A DNA stretch of 43,386 nucleotides. Origin: a virus. Its lineage: Duplodnaviria > Heunggongvirae > Uroviricota > Caudoviricetes. The notes beneath the pieces are model-generated. The model was not told the origin of the DNA. It saw nothing but the letters and a program-made list of their open reading frames with translations, and ran no database searches. Both the position numbers and the translations under genes were made by a program. Below, one piece after another: positions 17,798-27,413 of the stretch. The stretch lies in IMG/VR virus record IMGVR_UViG_2563366976_000013; one strand, written 5' to 3'. Numbering within the stretch: position 1 is the stretch's first letter; each line of letters starts with the position of its first letter.

Positions 17798-18363
17798 CAG
17801 TAACCTCCTATTTTGAATCGGGAGTCAGAATTCATAAAACCTGAGTTAGATAACATTGGCGTGTTTCCTTGCTTACTAATCGGATTGATACTTCCGCTAC
17901 CCAACTTATATGCACCGTATGCTTTTAGTGGTGCCGTTAACAAAGTGCTGGTCATCGATGATTTAGCAGCCGACTGAGCAGCAGCCCCCTGTGCCTGAGC
18001 ATTCATTCCCTGAACCTGATACCCATATGCCTCACGCTGAGCATTATTCACTGTCGTTAACGCATCAAGAGTGCCGAACTGAGCATTATCCGCAAAAACG
18101 TCAAGAGCTGTTCCGCTACTTAATTCCGCACCGGTAGCCCCCATAGTGGCCGCCGCAGTGCCTGAGCGTTGACGCATTTCACGACGACGCTGATCCGCTT
18201 CAATATTCCCACGATTGATTGAATCCTGTGCCTGAGCTTCAGCAATTTCAGCATTCCGATCAGCTATGGCTGACTGGTATTTTGCCTGCTTGCTCTGGCT
18301 GTACATTGACGCGGCTGTGGATGCCACTGTGACGGCAACCAAAGCGATGGCTGGGTTACACAT
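17797..18363 (-). CDS. Internal virion protein (T7 gp14-class by size/position)
   Basis: 188 aa, Ala/Gln-rich, adjacent to tail-tube genes. Confidence 0.4.
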   Translation of the reverse strand: MCNPAIALVAVTVASTAASMYSQSKQAKYQSAIADRNAEIAEAQAQDSINRGNIEADQRRREMRQRSGTAAATMGATGAELSSGTALDVFADNAQFGTLDALTTVNNAQREAYGYQVQGMNAQAQGAAAQSAAKSSMTSTLLTAPLKAYGAYKLGSGSINPISKQGNTPMLSNSGFMNSDSRFKIGGY

Positions 18364-18827
18364 TATTTTCTCTCCATGTGAAATCTGTGGAAATTAAGAC
18401 CAAGAGCACCATAAGGCGCGGCTTCTTCAAGCCTGAATCCAAGCCAGTGCAGCCATGCTTTGGCAACATGGTTTCGCTCGTCGACATAGTTTTCCAGGCG
18501 CGGATAAACTGCCAGCATCTGCTGCAATACAGGGCGGCAGTGGCGAAGAAATGTCTTCTGATATTTTTCGATACGGCTGGTTCCGACCAGCCAGGGCGTA
18601 CCATTGCCACCGATCATTGACGCCGGAGATACGCCAAACATGGTTACCAGTTCTCCGTTCGCGAACCCTGACCAGGCCATAGTCGCAGTGCGCAGACCAA
18701 CACGCAGCGCATCTTTGGTAGTCATCAGCGATACCGCATACAGTTCGTCAATATCAGCCTGACGAACATCCGGCAAAATCATCTGAAGATGCTCTTCGGT
18801 TGCGGGAATAATTTGAACATCGATCAT
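18363..18827 (-). CDS. Virion protein (T7 gp13-class by size/position)
   Basis: 154 aa between tail-tube B-like and gp14-like genes. Confidence 0.35.
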   Translation of the reverse strand: MIDVQIIPATEEHLQMILPDVRQADIDELYAVSLMTTKDALRVGLRTATMAWSGFANGELVTMFGVSPASMIGGNGTPWLVGTSRIEKYQKTFLRHCRPVLQQMLAVYPRLENYVDERNHVAKAWLHWLGFRLEEAAPYGALGLNFHRFHMERK

Positions 18828-21298
18828 CAGAATCCCCCAACAGTAAGGCGAGGAATAACGGCAAGAACAGACAGCGGCAACGGATCAAGCTGACGGATTT
18901 TTACACGTCCGTTTTTGCCCCAGTTACTGTCCAGTTTCACTTCTACTTTTCCGGTAGCATCATCAACAGGATCATCGTAGAACTCGAATTCACGCTGTGG
19001 ATATTCGTACCATTTACCGCCGGGCGTAGTCGCCCAGATGCCGCGACTGGCATTCACAACCAGAGTAACGGACGGGATCACCTGTTTTTTGTCCAGCAGC
19101 GTTTCCTGTCCGTTAATGTTGATATCCAGTGTTTCGAATTCAGCAGTTATTGGCAGGCCGATGTGCACTACAGCCCCCGGTGATTCCAGCGTGACGGCAC
19201 CTCCGGAAACCACTTTCTGTGGTTCCACGTTCGCATCAGAGAGAATGTTTACGGTCTGGCCTTCAAGATGAGACAGGCCTCCAAATGTCCGGCGCGCCAT
19301 CTGCCAGTTCGTGGTGGCCACATTCCTGAGGGATGGCGGGACGTTCCTGTTAGCACGAACCACTACAGCGGTATTGCTGGTTACAGAAATAATGTCGCAA
19401 CGTAATTCTTTTGACACCTCATCGCCAGTATCAGGATCAGTTCCGGTATAAGGGAACTGTAGTTGCGCGCCGACATCACTACTGGTGAAGTACGCACCAC
19501 CAGAAACACTGATTGTATATTCCGCGCGGTAATCCCATTCGCCAGAACCACCAGTGATGATCATCGTTCTGTCAGACGTATTTCTTCCATCATAGCTAAG
19601 GCCAGAATCAACAAAGAAAGCATCTTCATCGCTGGTAAATAAACGGCTGGACAGTCGCTCGATGTATCTCACTGTTTGCCCGTTAACGGTTCGGTTAACG
19701 ACGAAATACACCGCATCTTCATTGCCTTCGCTGATACTGCATGTGCTTTCATATTTTCCGGTACTGGATTGTGGTGCCCATGCAAAAACCTGCTGATCAC
19801 GCAAATAGGTCATCACCAGTAATTTACCGTCATCACGGATGCAGAAGGCGCTGGAGTAAGGGACTATTGAGAAGCACCAGTCAACAATGCTGTGCTTCTG
19901 AAAAAGATGATTGGCAAGGATAGTAAGGTCGTTCCCCTGATAGCCGTCAACATCGAATGAGTAGGCCAGATCACGGACAACACTGCCTTTCTCCTGGACG
20001 AACAGAGCAATATTCGCCACGGCAATTGGTGGGACATTGCTCGAGCCATTTGATCCCTGAGAGCTGAATGCAAATGATGATGGGGTAAGCACTTTGTTCT
20101 GGTCGCCAGTGATGACGTACTCACCTCCGGAAGTCAGCGCCACCAGCGAACCAACATCAATCAGGTGGCGGATCTCATTAACCTGACGCCCGGCATAGGT
20201 GTAGATAATTCTGTCGTCATCCTGCGTAGGATTGCTTTTGCCAAAATCCTTATAATCCCCGGTACGGCTGGCCCAGATAGTCTGAGGAAACGCAGTCGAT
20301 GCGGCGAAGTAAAGACGTTGTTGATAATAAACAACAGTGCCAGGATAACCATTAACACTGTTCCAGGCATATTTAGCCCATTTATAGCTGGCATTATCCT
20401 CGCCAACTACCTGCGAAGGGATATAGGAAATCACCTCGGCAGTTGCAGTAGTTCCATTTGCAGCAGAGATACGGGCAATGCCAAAACCACTGTGCAGATA
20501 CTCCCACTCAATGCCGGTATCATCATCACCGGATCCGCCCCAGCCATCCCATGATGTGCCTTCTGTATGCGAAGGGCGCAAAGTGCCTGTTTTGCCTACT
20601 GTAACGGCGCGATAGTAGTTACTGTCTGCACGGCGAATATCGCCAATTGACGTACTCTTACTGGTTTCCCATACCGGCACAGAATCCACTGCAGGCTGTT
20701 CCAGATAGAACAATTTGCCTACCTGCTCCGCGCCAAAAATAGAGGCGCTTGCCGTTAACGTAATTGTCCCGGTGCTGGCGCTGGCATAAACCGTCACTGA
20801 CTCGTCAATATTGATATCTTCAAATGGTCCGTTCTTCGTTACCACATCAACCAGTTGCCAGTTGTCATGCGCATAGCGACGCAACTCTTTCGGCGGGTAT
20901 GCCGGATGAACAAGCGTAAGCACGTCGGCGCTTTGCGTGAATTTAATTCGGAACAGATCGGCTTCAGTATATGGCGTGGCAATTTCATAAATAACATTGC
21001 TGCTGTTCAGCACCAACGCACCATCTTTGATAACGCGCATGTACTGGTGTCCGAACTCCAGAGCATAGGTCTGAACCGTCGAGAACTGGAACGGGATCAG
21101 GCGGCATTTCCGATTTGGGTATTTGGCGGCACCGACAAAACGCGTACCTGGTCGATTCTCAACGCCGCCATACTGCCGCACGATAAAGTTATCGCACTTG
21201 CGCAATGCCACCTGGTACTTCGCCATGTCAATACGCCCGTACAACGACGGTCCAATCTCACCACCGGCAAAGCTGGGCTGGATCCAACTGATAGCCAT
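18827..21298 (-). CDS. Tail tubular protein B-like (nozzle)
   Basis: 823 aa, follows 201-aa adaptor-like protein; T7-like order gp11-gp12-gp13-gp14. Confidence 0.5.
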   Translation of the reverse strand: MAISWIQPSFAGGEIGPSLYGRIDMAKYQVALRKCDNFIVRQYGGVENRPGTRFVGAAKYPNRKCRLIPFQFSTVQTYALEFGHQYMRVIKDGALVLNSSNVIYEIATPYTEADLFRIKFTQSADVLTLVHPAYPPKELRRYAHDNWQLVDVVTKNGPFEDINIDESVTVYASASTGTITLTASASIFGAEQVGKLFYLEQPAVDSVPVWETSKSTSIGDIRRADSNYYRAVTVGKTGTLRPSHTEGTSWDGWGGSGDDDTGIEWEYLHSGFGIARISAANGTTATAEVISYIPSQVVGEDNASYKWAKYAWNSVNGYPGTVVYYQQRLYFAASTAFPQTIWASRTGDYKDFGKSNPTQDDDRIIYTYAGRQVNEIRHLIDVGSLVALTSGGEYVITGDQNKVLTPSSFAFSSQGSNGSSNVPPIAVANIALFVQEKGSVVRDLAYSFDVDGYQGNDLTILANHLFQKHSIVDWCFSIVPYSSAFCIRDDGKLLVMTYLRDQQVFAWAPQSSTGKYESTCSISEGNEDAVYFVVNRTVNGQTVRYIERLSSRLFTSDEDAFFVDSGLSYDGRNTSDRTMIITGGSGEWDYRAEYTISVSGGAYFTSSDVGAQLQFPYTGTDPDTGDEVSKELRCDIISVTSNTAVVVRANRNVPPSLRNVATTNWQMARRTFGGLSHLEGQTVNILSDANVEPQKVVSGGAVTLESPGAVVHIGLPITAEFETLDININGQETLLDKKQVIPSVTLVVNASRGIWATTPGGKWYEYPQREFEFYDDPVDDATGKVEVKLDSNWGKNGRVKIRQLDPLPLSVLAVIPRLTVGGF

Positions 21299-21903
21299 CA
21301 GGACAACCTCGCAATGGTAAACTCGTCAACCGGTGGCTGTGGTTCCTGTGATTCATTCTGGCTATGCGAGCCAGCACTAAGAATCACGCGATTGTACATA
21401 TTGAGAGCAAATGTACCGAGATCCGCATTCCCAGTCAGCGCCATGTTAATGGCTGCCGCAAGACGCCAGGCCAGCGCCTCCATAAAAATGGCATCAAACA
21501 TGTTTACATCTGAAACGCGAGAGACATACTTGAGCCATGCCTGCGGCTGGTCTGTGTAGATCAATTTTCCTGTTCCGTTGGTGTCTGCACCAACTTCGTA
21601 CTGAACGCGCATTGCTGCTGTTGGATTGCGTACACCAGGAAGCATAATTTCAGTAATGCGCAGACAATCTGACGGGTACTGGTACGCATATTCCCAGTCA
21701 GGCGGTGGATTGCTCGTATCTGCAAGCGCCACGCGTTTGGTAGCAAAGTTCCAGTCAAAATCAGAAAGCACAGCATCACGGCAGGCCTCAAAGTGCAGCG
21801 AACATTCCCCCGCTTCCTTGCTGGCTTCCGTCAGGCTGTTAATGCTGCGGCTGTTGCCAATATTGGACAGCGCACGATTGCAGATCTCTACTACAGAGGC
21901 CAT
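21298..21903 (-). CDS. Tail tubular protein A-like / adaptor
   Basis: 201 aa, between capsid module and tail tube B-like. Confidence 0.4.
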   Translation of the reverse strand: MASVVEICNRALSNIGNSRSINSLTEASKEAGECSLHFEACRDAVLSDFDWNFATKRVALADTSNPPPDWEYAYQYPSDCLRITEIMLPGVRNPTAAMRVQYEVGADTNGTGKLIYTDQPQAWLKYVSRVSDVNMFDAIFMEALAWRLAAAINMALTGNADLGTFALNMYNRVILSAGSHSQNESQEPQPPVDEFTIARLS

Positions 21904-21959
21904 AAGTTTCTATACTCCTGCAATAAAGGGGCCGAAGCCCCTTGTCTGATTCGCGAGGC

Positions 21960-22295
21960 TTACACGCCCAGTTCTTTACGCTTATCTGCGATCTTCTCGC
22001 GTAGCGTTTCGGCTTTGGCGTTATGGTGTGGCTTCTCGTTAAAGAGCAATTCGTACTCTTCACGGAGCTTATCCAGTTCACCATCATCTGACACATCGTT
22101 GATGATTTTGGTGCTGGTTGCTGCCATTGACACCTTTCCTGCAACTTTTGCTTTTGCCTGTCTGGCTGCATCGTTAACAGGTTCCAGTGCGCTACCAGGC
22201 TCACCTTCGTATTCGATTTCTGCCCCCTCCGGCCACAGAGTGTTATGGATATGAGAGAGGCGCAGAACGCGGTATCTTGGTTTCTCACCTGACAT
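21960..22295 (-). CDS. Hypothetical virion-module protein
   Basis: About 111 aa from ATG 22295 with RBS AAGGTGA; charged, Lys/Glu-rich. Confidence 0.4.
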   Translation of the reverse strand: MSGEKPRYRVLRLSHIHNTLWPEGAEIEYEGEPGSALEPVNDAARQAKAKVAGKVSMAATSTKIINDVSDDGELDKLREEYELLFNEKPHHNAKAETLREKIADKRKELGV

Positions 22296-22305
22296 CGATA
22301 TCACC

Positions 22306-22743
22306 TTAACCAGTTACTTTTGAGCGGATCGGGTACGGCGTATTGGCATCAACATCCAGACTGATACCCGCAGTGAATTTGCCAGCCGTTAGTGGGCCAG
22401 TTGCGACGGAGTAGTTAACACGCAGATATCGCTGAACACCGGCAGGCACCTTTGCAGAAACAACTCGTTTACCTGCTGTCAGGGCGGTCTTTGCCAGTGC
22501 GCCACTATCATAAATAGTGGTCCATGAGCTGTTATTCTCACTCGTCTGCAACTGGATGTTTACAGTTGCATCACCGCTTGCCGCGGCGGCTGCGTTAACC
22601 AGCGCCCAAAACTCAAGCGGGTAACCCACGCCGATATCACGACGTTTTCCGTCAATTGGACCGAGATCGATTACGTCAGTAGAAGCCGCGGTATTCGTAA
22701 CCGCCTGAGCTTCGGAGAACATCAACAGTTTGTCGGTGATCAT
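22306..22743 (-). CDS. Capsid decoration/accessory protein (putative)
   Basis: 145 aa immediately downstream of major capsid gene; beta-rich composition. Confidence 0.45.
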   Translation of the reverse strand: MITDKLLMFSEAQAVTNTAASTDVIDLGPIDGKRRDIGVGYPLEFWALVNAAAAASGDATVNIQLQTSENNSSWTTIYDSGALAKTALTAGKRVVSAKVPAGVQRYLRVNYSVATGPLTAGKFTAGISLDVDANTPYPIRSKVTG

Positions 22744-22794
22744 CTTCTTTCTCCATTAGTGGGTCTGTTACGACCCACAGGTTAATAACAGGCG

Positions 22795-23781
22795 TTACAC
22801 CACGCGGGCTTCTGTTTCCAGAAGCGCATCAGTTTCACGGATTGGTACACCACGGAATGAAGTCCACCACTCGCCTTCAGTCTCTTTTACGCTGATAGCC
22901 AGAGATGTTTTCTCCAGAGATTGCAGATCAAGAGCCTGGCCTACAGTGCGGTTCATGTAGAACACCGGGCGGCCCATGCCACGGTTTGGAATGCGATGCA
23001 GTGCCTTAACCATCAACTTGGCAATATTTGCGGCAGAGGATGGTTCTGAAAGATTGCTGACATCGATGTTTGCAATGCGAACAACATAGCGCCAGTCACG
23101 CAATGTCAGCCCGTTGTCCCACTTATAATGGGTACGATAACCTTCGTACTTGCCGCCATTAGCATCTTCCAGTGTCACCTGGCCTTTATCTTCCATCTGG
23201 ATGCCAGCCTTCTGCCCTTTCGGGAAGATGCCATGCACGGTGTTTTCGCCCCACACCACTAACCAGATTGAAGTGTTATCTGTACCCGTGCCACCAGCAT
23301 CAATGATGTTCTGAGCATTACCCGCAGACAGGCTGGAATAGCGGGAGGACAGTCCCATAAACTGCTGAGGGTTAACGCTGGAATCACCGTAAAACAGCGT
23401 CTGCGCCATCGCCTGATTCATCGCTTCAATAAATGCTCGGTCTTCAGACAGGCGGAATTCGGCAGTATTACCGTTCAGATCAGCCAGAGACTTATCGACT
23501 TCAGCATAGGTTTCCAGCATGCCAATGGAATCAGTGACCTGCACCGTTGTTGATTTGCTCGGTTGTACGCCATAGTTCAGCAAACGCCAGGTAGCGGAAG
23601 GCAAACCAGAACGAATGGTGGTTCGGTGTCCGGTAGGAAGGTTTCCTTCAACAAAAGGCATATCCTGAAGGATTGGGTTGGTTTGACTGAGAAGCTCGAT
23701 AATCTTATCGACTTTCCCGTTTGGATCGACGCGCTTACCCCAGTCAGCCAGCGTTAGCGCAGTTAAGCCTTTAACAGCCAT
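22795..23781 (-). CDS. Major capsid protein (HK97-fold class by context)
   Basis: About 328 aa after scaffold gene; RBS AGAGGAA; start at second ATG (23781) for spacing, 23787 possible. Confidence 0.75.
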   Translation of the reverse strand: MAVKGLTALTLADWGKRVDPNGKVDKIIELLSQTNPILQDMPFVEGNLPTGHRTTIRSGLPSATWRLLNYGVQPSKSTTVQVTDSIGMLETYAEVDKSLADLNGNTAEFRLSEDRAFIEAMNQAMAQTLFYGDSSVNPQQFMGLSSRYSSLSAGNAQNIIDAGGTGTDNTSIWLVVWGENTVHGIFPKGQKAGIQMEDKGQVTLEDANGGKYEGYRTHYKWDNGLTLRDWRYVVRIANIDVSNLSEPSSAANIAKLMVKALHRIPNRGMGRPVFYMNRTVGQALDLQSLEKTSLAISVKETEGEWWTSFRGVPIRETDALLETEARVV

Positions 23782-23795
23782 TGTCATTTCCTCTC

Positions 23796-24491
23796 TTATT
23801 TTCCATAGAGCACTTCGGCCGCACTACGCTGGCCTTCATTACCACCGGTGACCATGCCATCTTCAGACATCGCCTTTCCGATTTTCACGAACGTTTTGAC
23901 CAGATCAGGGTGATTACCCAGCCCGGTGGTGTTCAGATATTCTTTGAGTTCAGGTGTCCCGAACTGGTCAAGCGCACGCTGTGCGGCGCTAAGGTTAGAA
24001 ATCAACTTGTCGCCACCGATTTCTTTGTCAGCTTTTACATCCGCAGCCCACTGCTCGGTTGTTTTCTGCCAGGCTTCTGCCTGGCGCTGCTGAACACCTG
24101 CCAGAATCTTCGGATAAGCATCAACCAGCTTTTGCGCTTGCTCGTTGGTCAGGTTTAGTTCTCGCGCCACCGGCTCGAATTCCTTCAACGCTTCTGTATC
24201 CAGCTCTACGCCTTCGGCAGCCTGAAACTCGTACTTTTCAGGCGCACCCTCTGGTTTATCGCCGTCCTTTTTTTCATCCTGCTTATCGTTTTCAGGCTTT
24301 TTGTCATCAGCAGGTTTATCGCCATCAGCAACAGGTTGTGGCTTATCACCTTCCTGTTGTGATGGATCACCAACTGGAGCAGGGTTATCACCTGCAGGCG
24401 CTGACGGTTCTGACGCAGCCGGAGCTGCTCCACCATCGACTGGTTGCTCATTGCAAAGACGGCGATACAGCAAACGCTCAAATAAATTCAT
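23796..24491 (-). CDS. Scaffolding protein
   Basis: Acidic, Pro/Ala/Asp/Lys-rich low-complexity N-terminus then helical region; between portal and capsid; RBS AGGAG. Confidence 0.6.
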   Translation of the reverse strand: MNLFERLLYRRLCNEQPVDGGAAPAASEPSAPAGDNPAPVGDPSQQEGDKPQPVADGDKPADDKKPENDKQDEKKDGDKPEGAPEKYEFQAAEGVELDTEALKEFEPVARELNLTNEQAQKLVDAYPKILAGVQQRQAEAWQKTTEQWAADVKADKEIGGDKLISNLSAAQRALDQFGTPELKEYLNTTGLGNHPDLVKTFVKIGKAMSEDGMVTGGNEGQRSAAEVLYGK

Positions 24492-24493
24492 GA

Positions 24494-24790
24494 TCACTCC
24501 TGTTCACTGGCCTCTTTGGCCATCTTCAAATACTGTTCAGGGCAATGCGCCATAACGCGCTGAAACAGTTCCAGCGCCAGATTGCGTTGCCCCTCATTAA
24601 ATGCCATTGCCATAGCGTCCATCGGTGAGATAGCGGAAAACACACGGCCTTTCTCCAGCACCGACCAGACAACGCGACGCCCCTGTTCACTGCTCATGAC
24701 AAAGCGAATGTCATCAATTTCACGCTGTGCCATGTCACGTTGCTTACGGGCGTTTTCTTCTTTCAGTTGATCGTCTTCGTAATCTGTCAT
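24494..24790 (-). CDS. Small head-assembly-region protein (hypothetical)
   Basis: 98 aa, ATGA overlap with portal stop. Confidence 0.4.
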   Translation of the reverse strand: MTDYEDDQLKEENARKQRDMAQREIDDIRFVMSSEQGRRVVWSVLEKGRVFSAISPMDAMAMAFNEGQRNLALELFQRVMAHCPEQYLKMAKEASEQE

Positions 24791-26466
24791 TGTGATTGCC
24801 CACCCTGACCACTAACTGCATTCGCCATAGCTGACAAAACACTCGGATCCGAAGTTTTAGCTTCGCTTAGCGTCTTGGCACCCTGTGCCGCCGCCATCCC
24901 CATCGCCATCATTTGTTGCTGCTGTTGTTGCTGTGCCCGTTGCTGGCGAACCTGCTCAACCTGTTCCTGCGGAACAATGACGGTTGGAGACACTCCGGAC
25001 ATATCAGCGAATGCATCGATCGCCTGATCAACGTTGAGTTTGTCGAGAGCTTCTGGTTTCGCTTGCGCAAGTTGACCAATGAAGTTAACCGTGGACGCCA
25101 GACTGGACAGGCCGATAGACTTCTGCGCCTGAGCCATGACGGAAATGTATTCGACCTTCAGGGGCATGCCTTCCATCGCGTCAGGCGGTGGCGGCAGCAT
25201 GTTTTTACGCACCATCATCGAGAAAGCGCGGTCAATGAGAGGATTAAGACATTCGTCGTTCAGACGCTCCAGAACCGGCCCCAACATCAGAAGTTTTTCT
25301 TCTTTCATTTCGATCACCGCTTCAACAGGCATCGAGCGGGTATTGATGTTCTGCAACATCATGAACAGATCGACAAAGTAGGCGCTGTTAATGATTTGAC
25401 GAGTGTCCTGAATGTCTGCCACCAAATCTGCTGTACTGGGGTTAACCAGATAAGCAGGCCTGAAGCCATCCTGACCAGTAATCTGATCGATATACGTGAT
25501 GTCGCCAGGAAGAAGGGAGGCGCGCTGATTCTTGAGGGAAGTCGGAGCAACCATCGGCGGATTGGTGGCTTTATCAATCAACTGCGACTTGCGCTTCTGA
25601 AGAAGCTGCAATGCCTTAACAGATCCAAGCGCCAGCATACCCGGGCATGATGATCCATAAACATCTTCGCCGTTAACTTCCCAGCGCGGAGCCATAATTG
25701 GAAACTCATCGAATCCGGACTCACGCAACAACTTGTCGTTATCGCCACCAACCTCGTAATAAACCGATTTGAATGGCTTGTTCTTGCTATCCAGCTTCGA
25801 TGTATCGCGGTCAATGTTCGGGTAAACCGAATGCATCACTTCAATCCACTTCTCGTAGGTGCCGCTTTCCCACATGCTTTTTACGGATTCGCTGACGTTA
25901 TTTAGCCCGAACTCCTGAACAAGCTGACGAACAGTCATAGAGAACTTGCGGAAACAGGTGTCCACACTGCCACGAGGTGAGTTAGCCAGGTAGTAACTGC
26001 CTATCGGGAATGGCATTGTGCGAATGATGTCCTCGTCATCCTCCAGCACCGCCATTGCACCAGTGCTGTATGTGCCGAGGCTTCCGTATAACTGCGGAAG
26101 GGACTGGTAGAGATTCGACTTATTGAACATATCGTTCATGCGGTTCTGAACTGCCTCAAGCCACAACTTAACAGGGCCATAGTCCATCATTTCAGGATCT
26201 GGCGTAGCCAGGCGAAACCACGGACGGGCGGGGCTTGTTATGCCTGACATCATGCCGCTGGCAAGAGTGCGCGCCGCCATAGTCCCGGTCGAATCAATAA
26301 TGCGTGTATTGCGTCGATCGTTACGGTTAACCTCAGAAGTCAGAAAGCGGGAACCACGCGGGTTGATGTAATCACTCAACTCGCGCCAGTGCGACTCGAA
26401 CGACTGACGCTCGCTTTCAAGTTGTGCGAACTGTTTGTTCAATCGCTCTTTAGTTGTTTCCGCCAT
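24787..26466 (-). CDS. Portal protein
   Basis: 559 aa, first large gene of head module, Gln-rich C-terminus; RBS GGAG. Confidence 0.75.
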   Translation of the reverse strand: MAETTKERLNKQFAQLESERQSFESHWRELSDYINPRGSRFLTSEVNRNDRRNTRIIDSTGTMAARTLASGMMSGITSPARPWFRLATPDPEMMDYGPVKLWLEAVQNRMNDMFNKSNLYQSLPQLYGSLGTYSTGAMAVLEDDEDIIRTMPFPIGSYYLANSPRGSVDTCFRKFSMTVRQLVQEFGLNNVSESVKSMWESGTYEKWIEVMHSVYPNIDRDTSKLDSKNKPFKSVYYEVGGDNDKLLRESGFDEFPIMAPRWEVNGEDVYGSSCPGMLALGSVKALQLLQKRKSQLIDKATNPPMVAPTSLKNQRASLLPGDITYIDQITGQDGFRPAYLVNPSTADLVADIQDTRQIINSAYFVDLFMMLQNINTRSMPVEAVIEMKEEKLLMLGPVLERLNDECLNPLIDRAFSMMVRKNMLPPPPDAMEGMPLKVEYISVMAQAQKSIGLSSLASTVNFIGQLAQAKPEALDKLNVDQAIDAFADMSGVSPTVIVPQEQVEQVRQQRAQQQQQQQMMAMGMAAAQGAKTLSEAKTSDPSVLSAMANAVSGQGGQSQ

Positions 26467-26480
26467 TTCAATGACTCCGG

Positions 26481-26687
26481 TTACTGACCAAGCAGTGTTT
26501 TACCGCTGGTATTAGCGGTTGATGTGTCGCCCTGAGAACCGGTAAGCAGCGTAGAACTACGACCAGCAGCAGCGCGACGGCGACGTGTTTCTTCGTCGCG
26601 GGCATCAACAACGGCGGCATCCTGCTCCTGTGGTGCTGCCTGAACTTCTGGTGTTGCAGGCACTGATGGTGAGCTACCCATGCACAT
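26481..26687 (-). CDS. Small hypothetical protein upstream of portal
   Basis: 68 aa; translation initiation region GGAGTCATTGATATG mirrors that of portal (GGAGTCATTGAAATG). Confidence 0.35.
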   Translation of the reverse strand: MCMGSSPSVPATPEVQAAPQEQDAAVVDARDEETRRRRAAAGRSSTLLTGSQGDTSTANTSGKTLLGQ

Positions 26688-26755
26688 ATCAATGACTCCG
26701 TACGCAATTAAATTATTACCAATTTAACCACATATGATTTATTTATCGTAGATAG

Positions 26756-26792
26756 TTGACATTTAACGCACAAATTATTACCTTTTAGGTAA
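26756..26792. promoter_or_regulatory. -35-like TTGACA and operator palindrome TTACCttttaGGTAA at terminase-portal moron
   Basis: Palindrome 26778-26792; TTGACA at 26756-26761 on plus strand. Confidence 0.4.
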
Positions 26793-27114
26793 CCAAAGAG
26801 TTCATTCCGGTTACTAACCTGACTGGCTTGTCGTTAAATTGAACAGGTGGAGTGAGCTTTTATTTTGAGCAGTACGGCGTATGGCACATGCGCCGATAGC
26901 GGTCTGGATACGTTTAAGGGGCACCCTCCCTTGCTCGGGCAAACGAACCAGGTAGCCGGAATGTGCAAGTCGAGCGGTTTTATTCCGCGCACGGGGATTC
27001 ACCATCCCGGCGATTCGGTGTGACGCCTCGGAAGAGACGAGGGTACAACGATGAGAGCATTTATGGAGCCGCGACAAAGTGTGGCGCCTTAACAGGCTAA
27101 GTGCTCTCAGCGTT

Positions 27115-27191
27115 GTGGCATTAGCTCAGTTGGACAGAGCAACCGCCTTCTAAGCGGTTGGTCGCAGGTTCGAATCCTGCATGCCACGCCA
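27115..27191 (+). tRNA. tRNA-Arg (anticodon UCU, reads AGA)
   Basis: Manual cloverleaf: acceptor GTGGCAT/ATGCCAC, D-arm GCTC/GAGC, anticodon stem ACCGC/GCGGT with loop CTTCTAA, T-arm GCAGG-TTCGAAT-CCTGC, discriminator G, CCA encoded. Confidence 0.85.
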
Positions 27192-27234
27192 GAATCACGC
27201 CTGAGGACCGTGATGCCAGAAGTTCCAGGGGCTT

Positions 27235-27277
27235 GGCGGTGATGGTTTCCCTTGAAGGCCTATCACCGCCCTTTTTA
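27235..27277 (+). terminator. Rho-independent terminator downstream of tRNA
   Basis: GGCGGTGAT...ATCACCGCC stem then CTTTTT. Confidence 0.55.
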
Positions 27278-27353
27278 CAGCAGGACGCCATTGCGATGAC
27301 TTCATGCTGTAAACCCGTACAGCCACGGAAGGCATAACTCATTGCTTCCAGTT

Positions 27354-27379
27354 CGCCCGGTTCGCCGGGCATTTTTTTG
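27354..27379 (+). terminator. Second rho-independent terminator
   Basis: GCCCGG-ttcg-CCGGGC stem then T7. Confidence 0.6.
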
Positions 27380-27394
27380 CCTGATGACCACAAA

Positions 27395-27409
27395 TTACCT
27401 TAAAGGTAT
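27395..27409 (+). promoter_or_regulatory. Operator-like site TTACCttaaaGGTAT overlapping RBS of moron ORF
   Basis: 14/15 match to palindrome family, 5 nt before ATG 27414. Confidence 0.35.
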
Positions 27410-27413
27410 AATC

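Noticed and set aside
26990-27010. Short stretch GGAATGTGCAAGTCGAGCGG resembling the 5' region of 16S rRNA
   Set aside because: Similarity is limited to about 15 nt with no flanking rRNA context; judged coincidental.
27380-27386. CTGATGA motif suggestive of a hammerhead ribozyme core
   Set aside because: No accompanying GAAA core or helices in the required arrangement.
26814-27393. Minus-strand ORFs 26814..27077 and 27121..27393
   Set aside because: They overlap the tRNA and terminators and have no RBS; almost certainly spurious frames over noncoding RNA-rich DNA.
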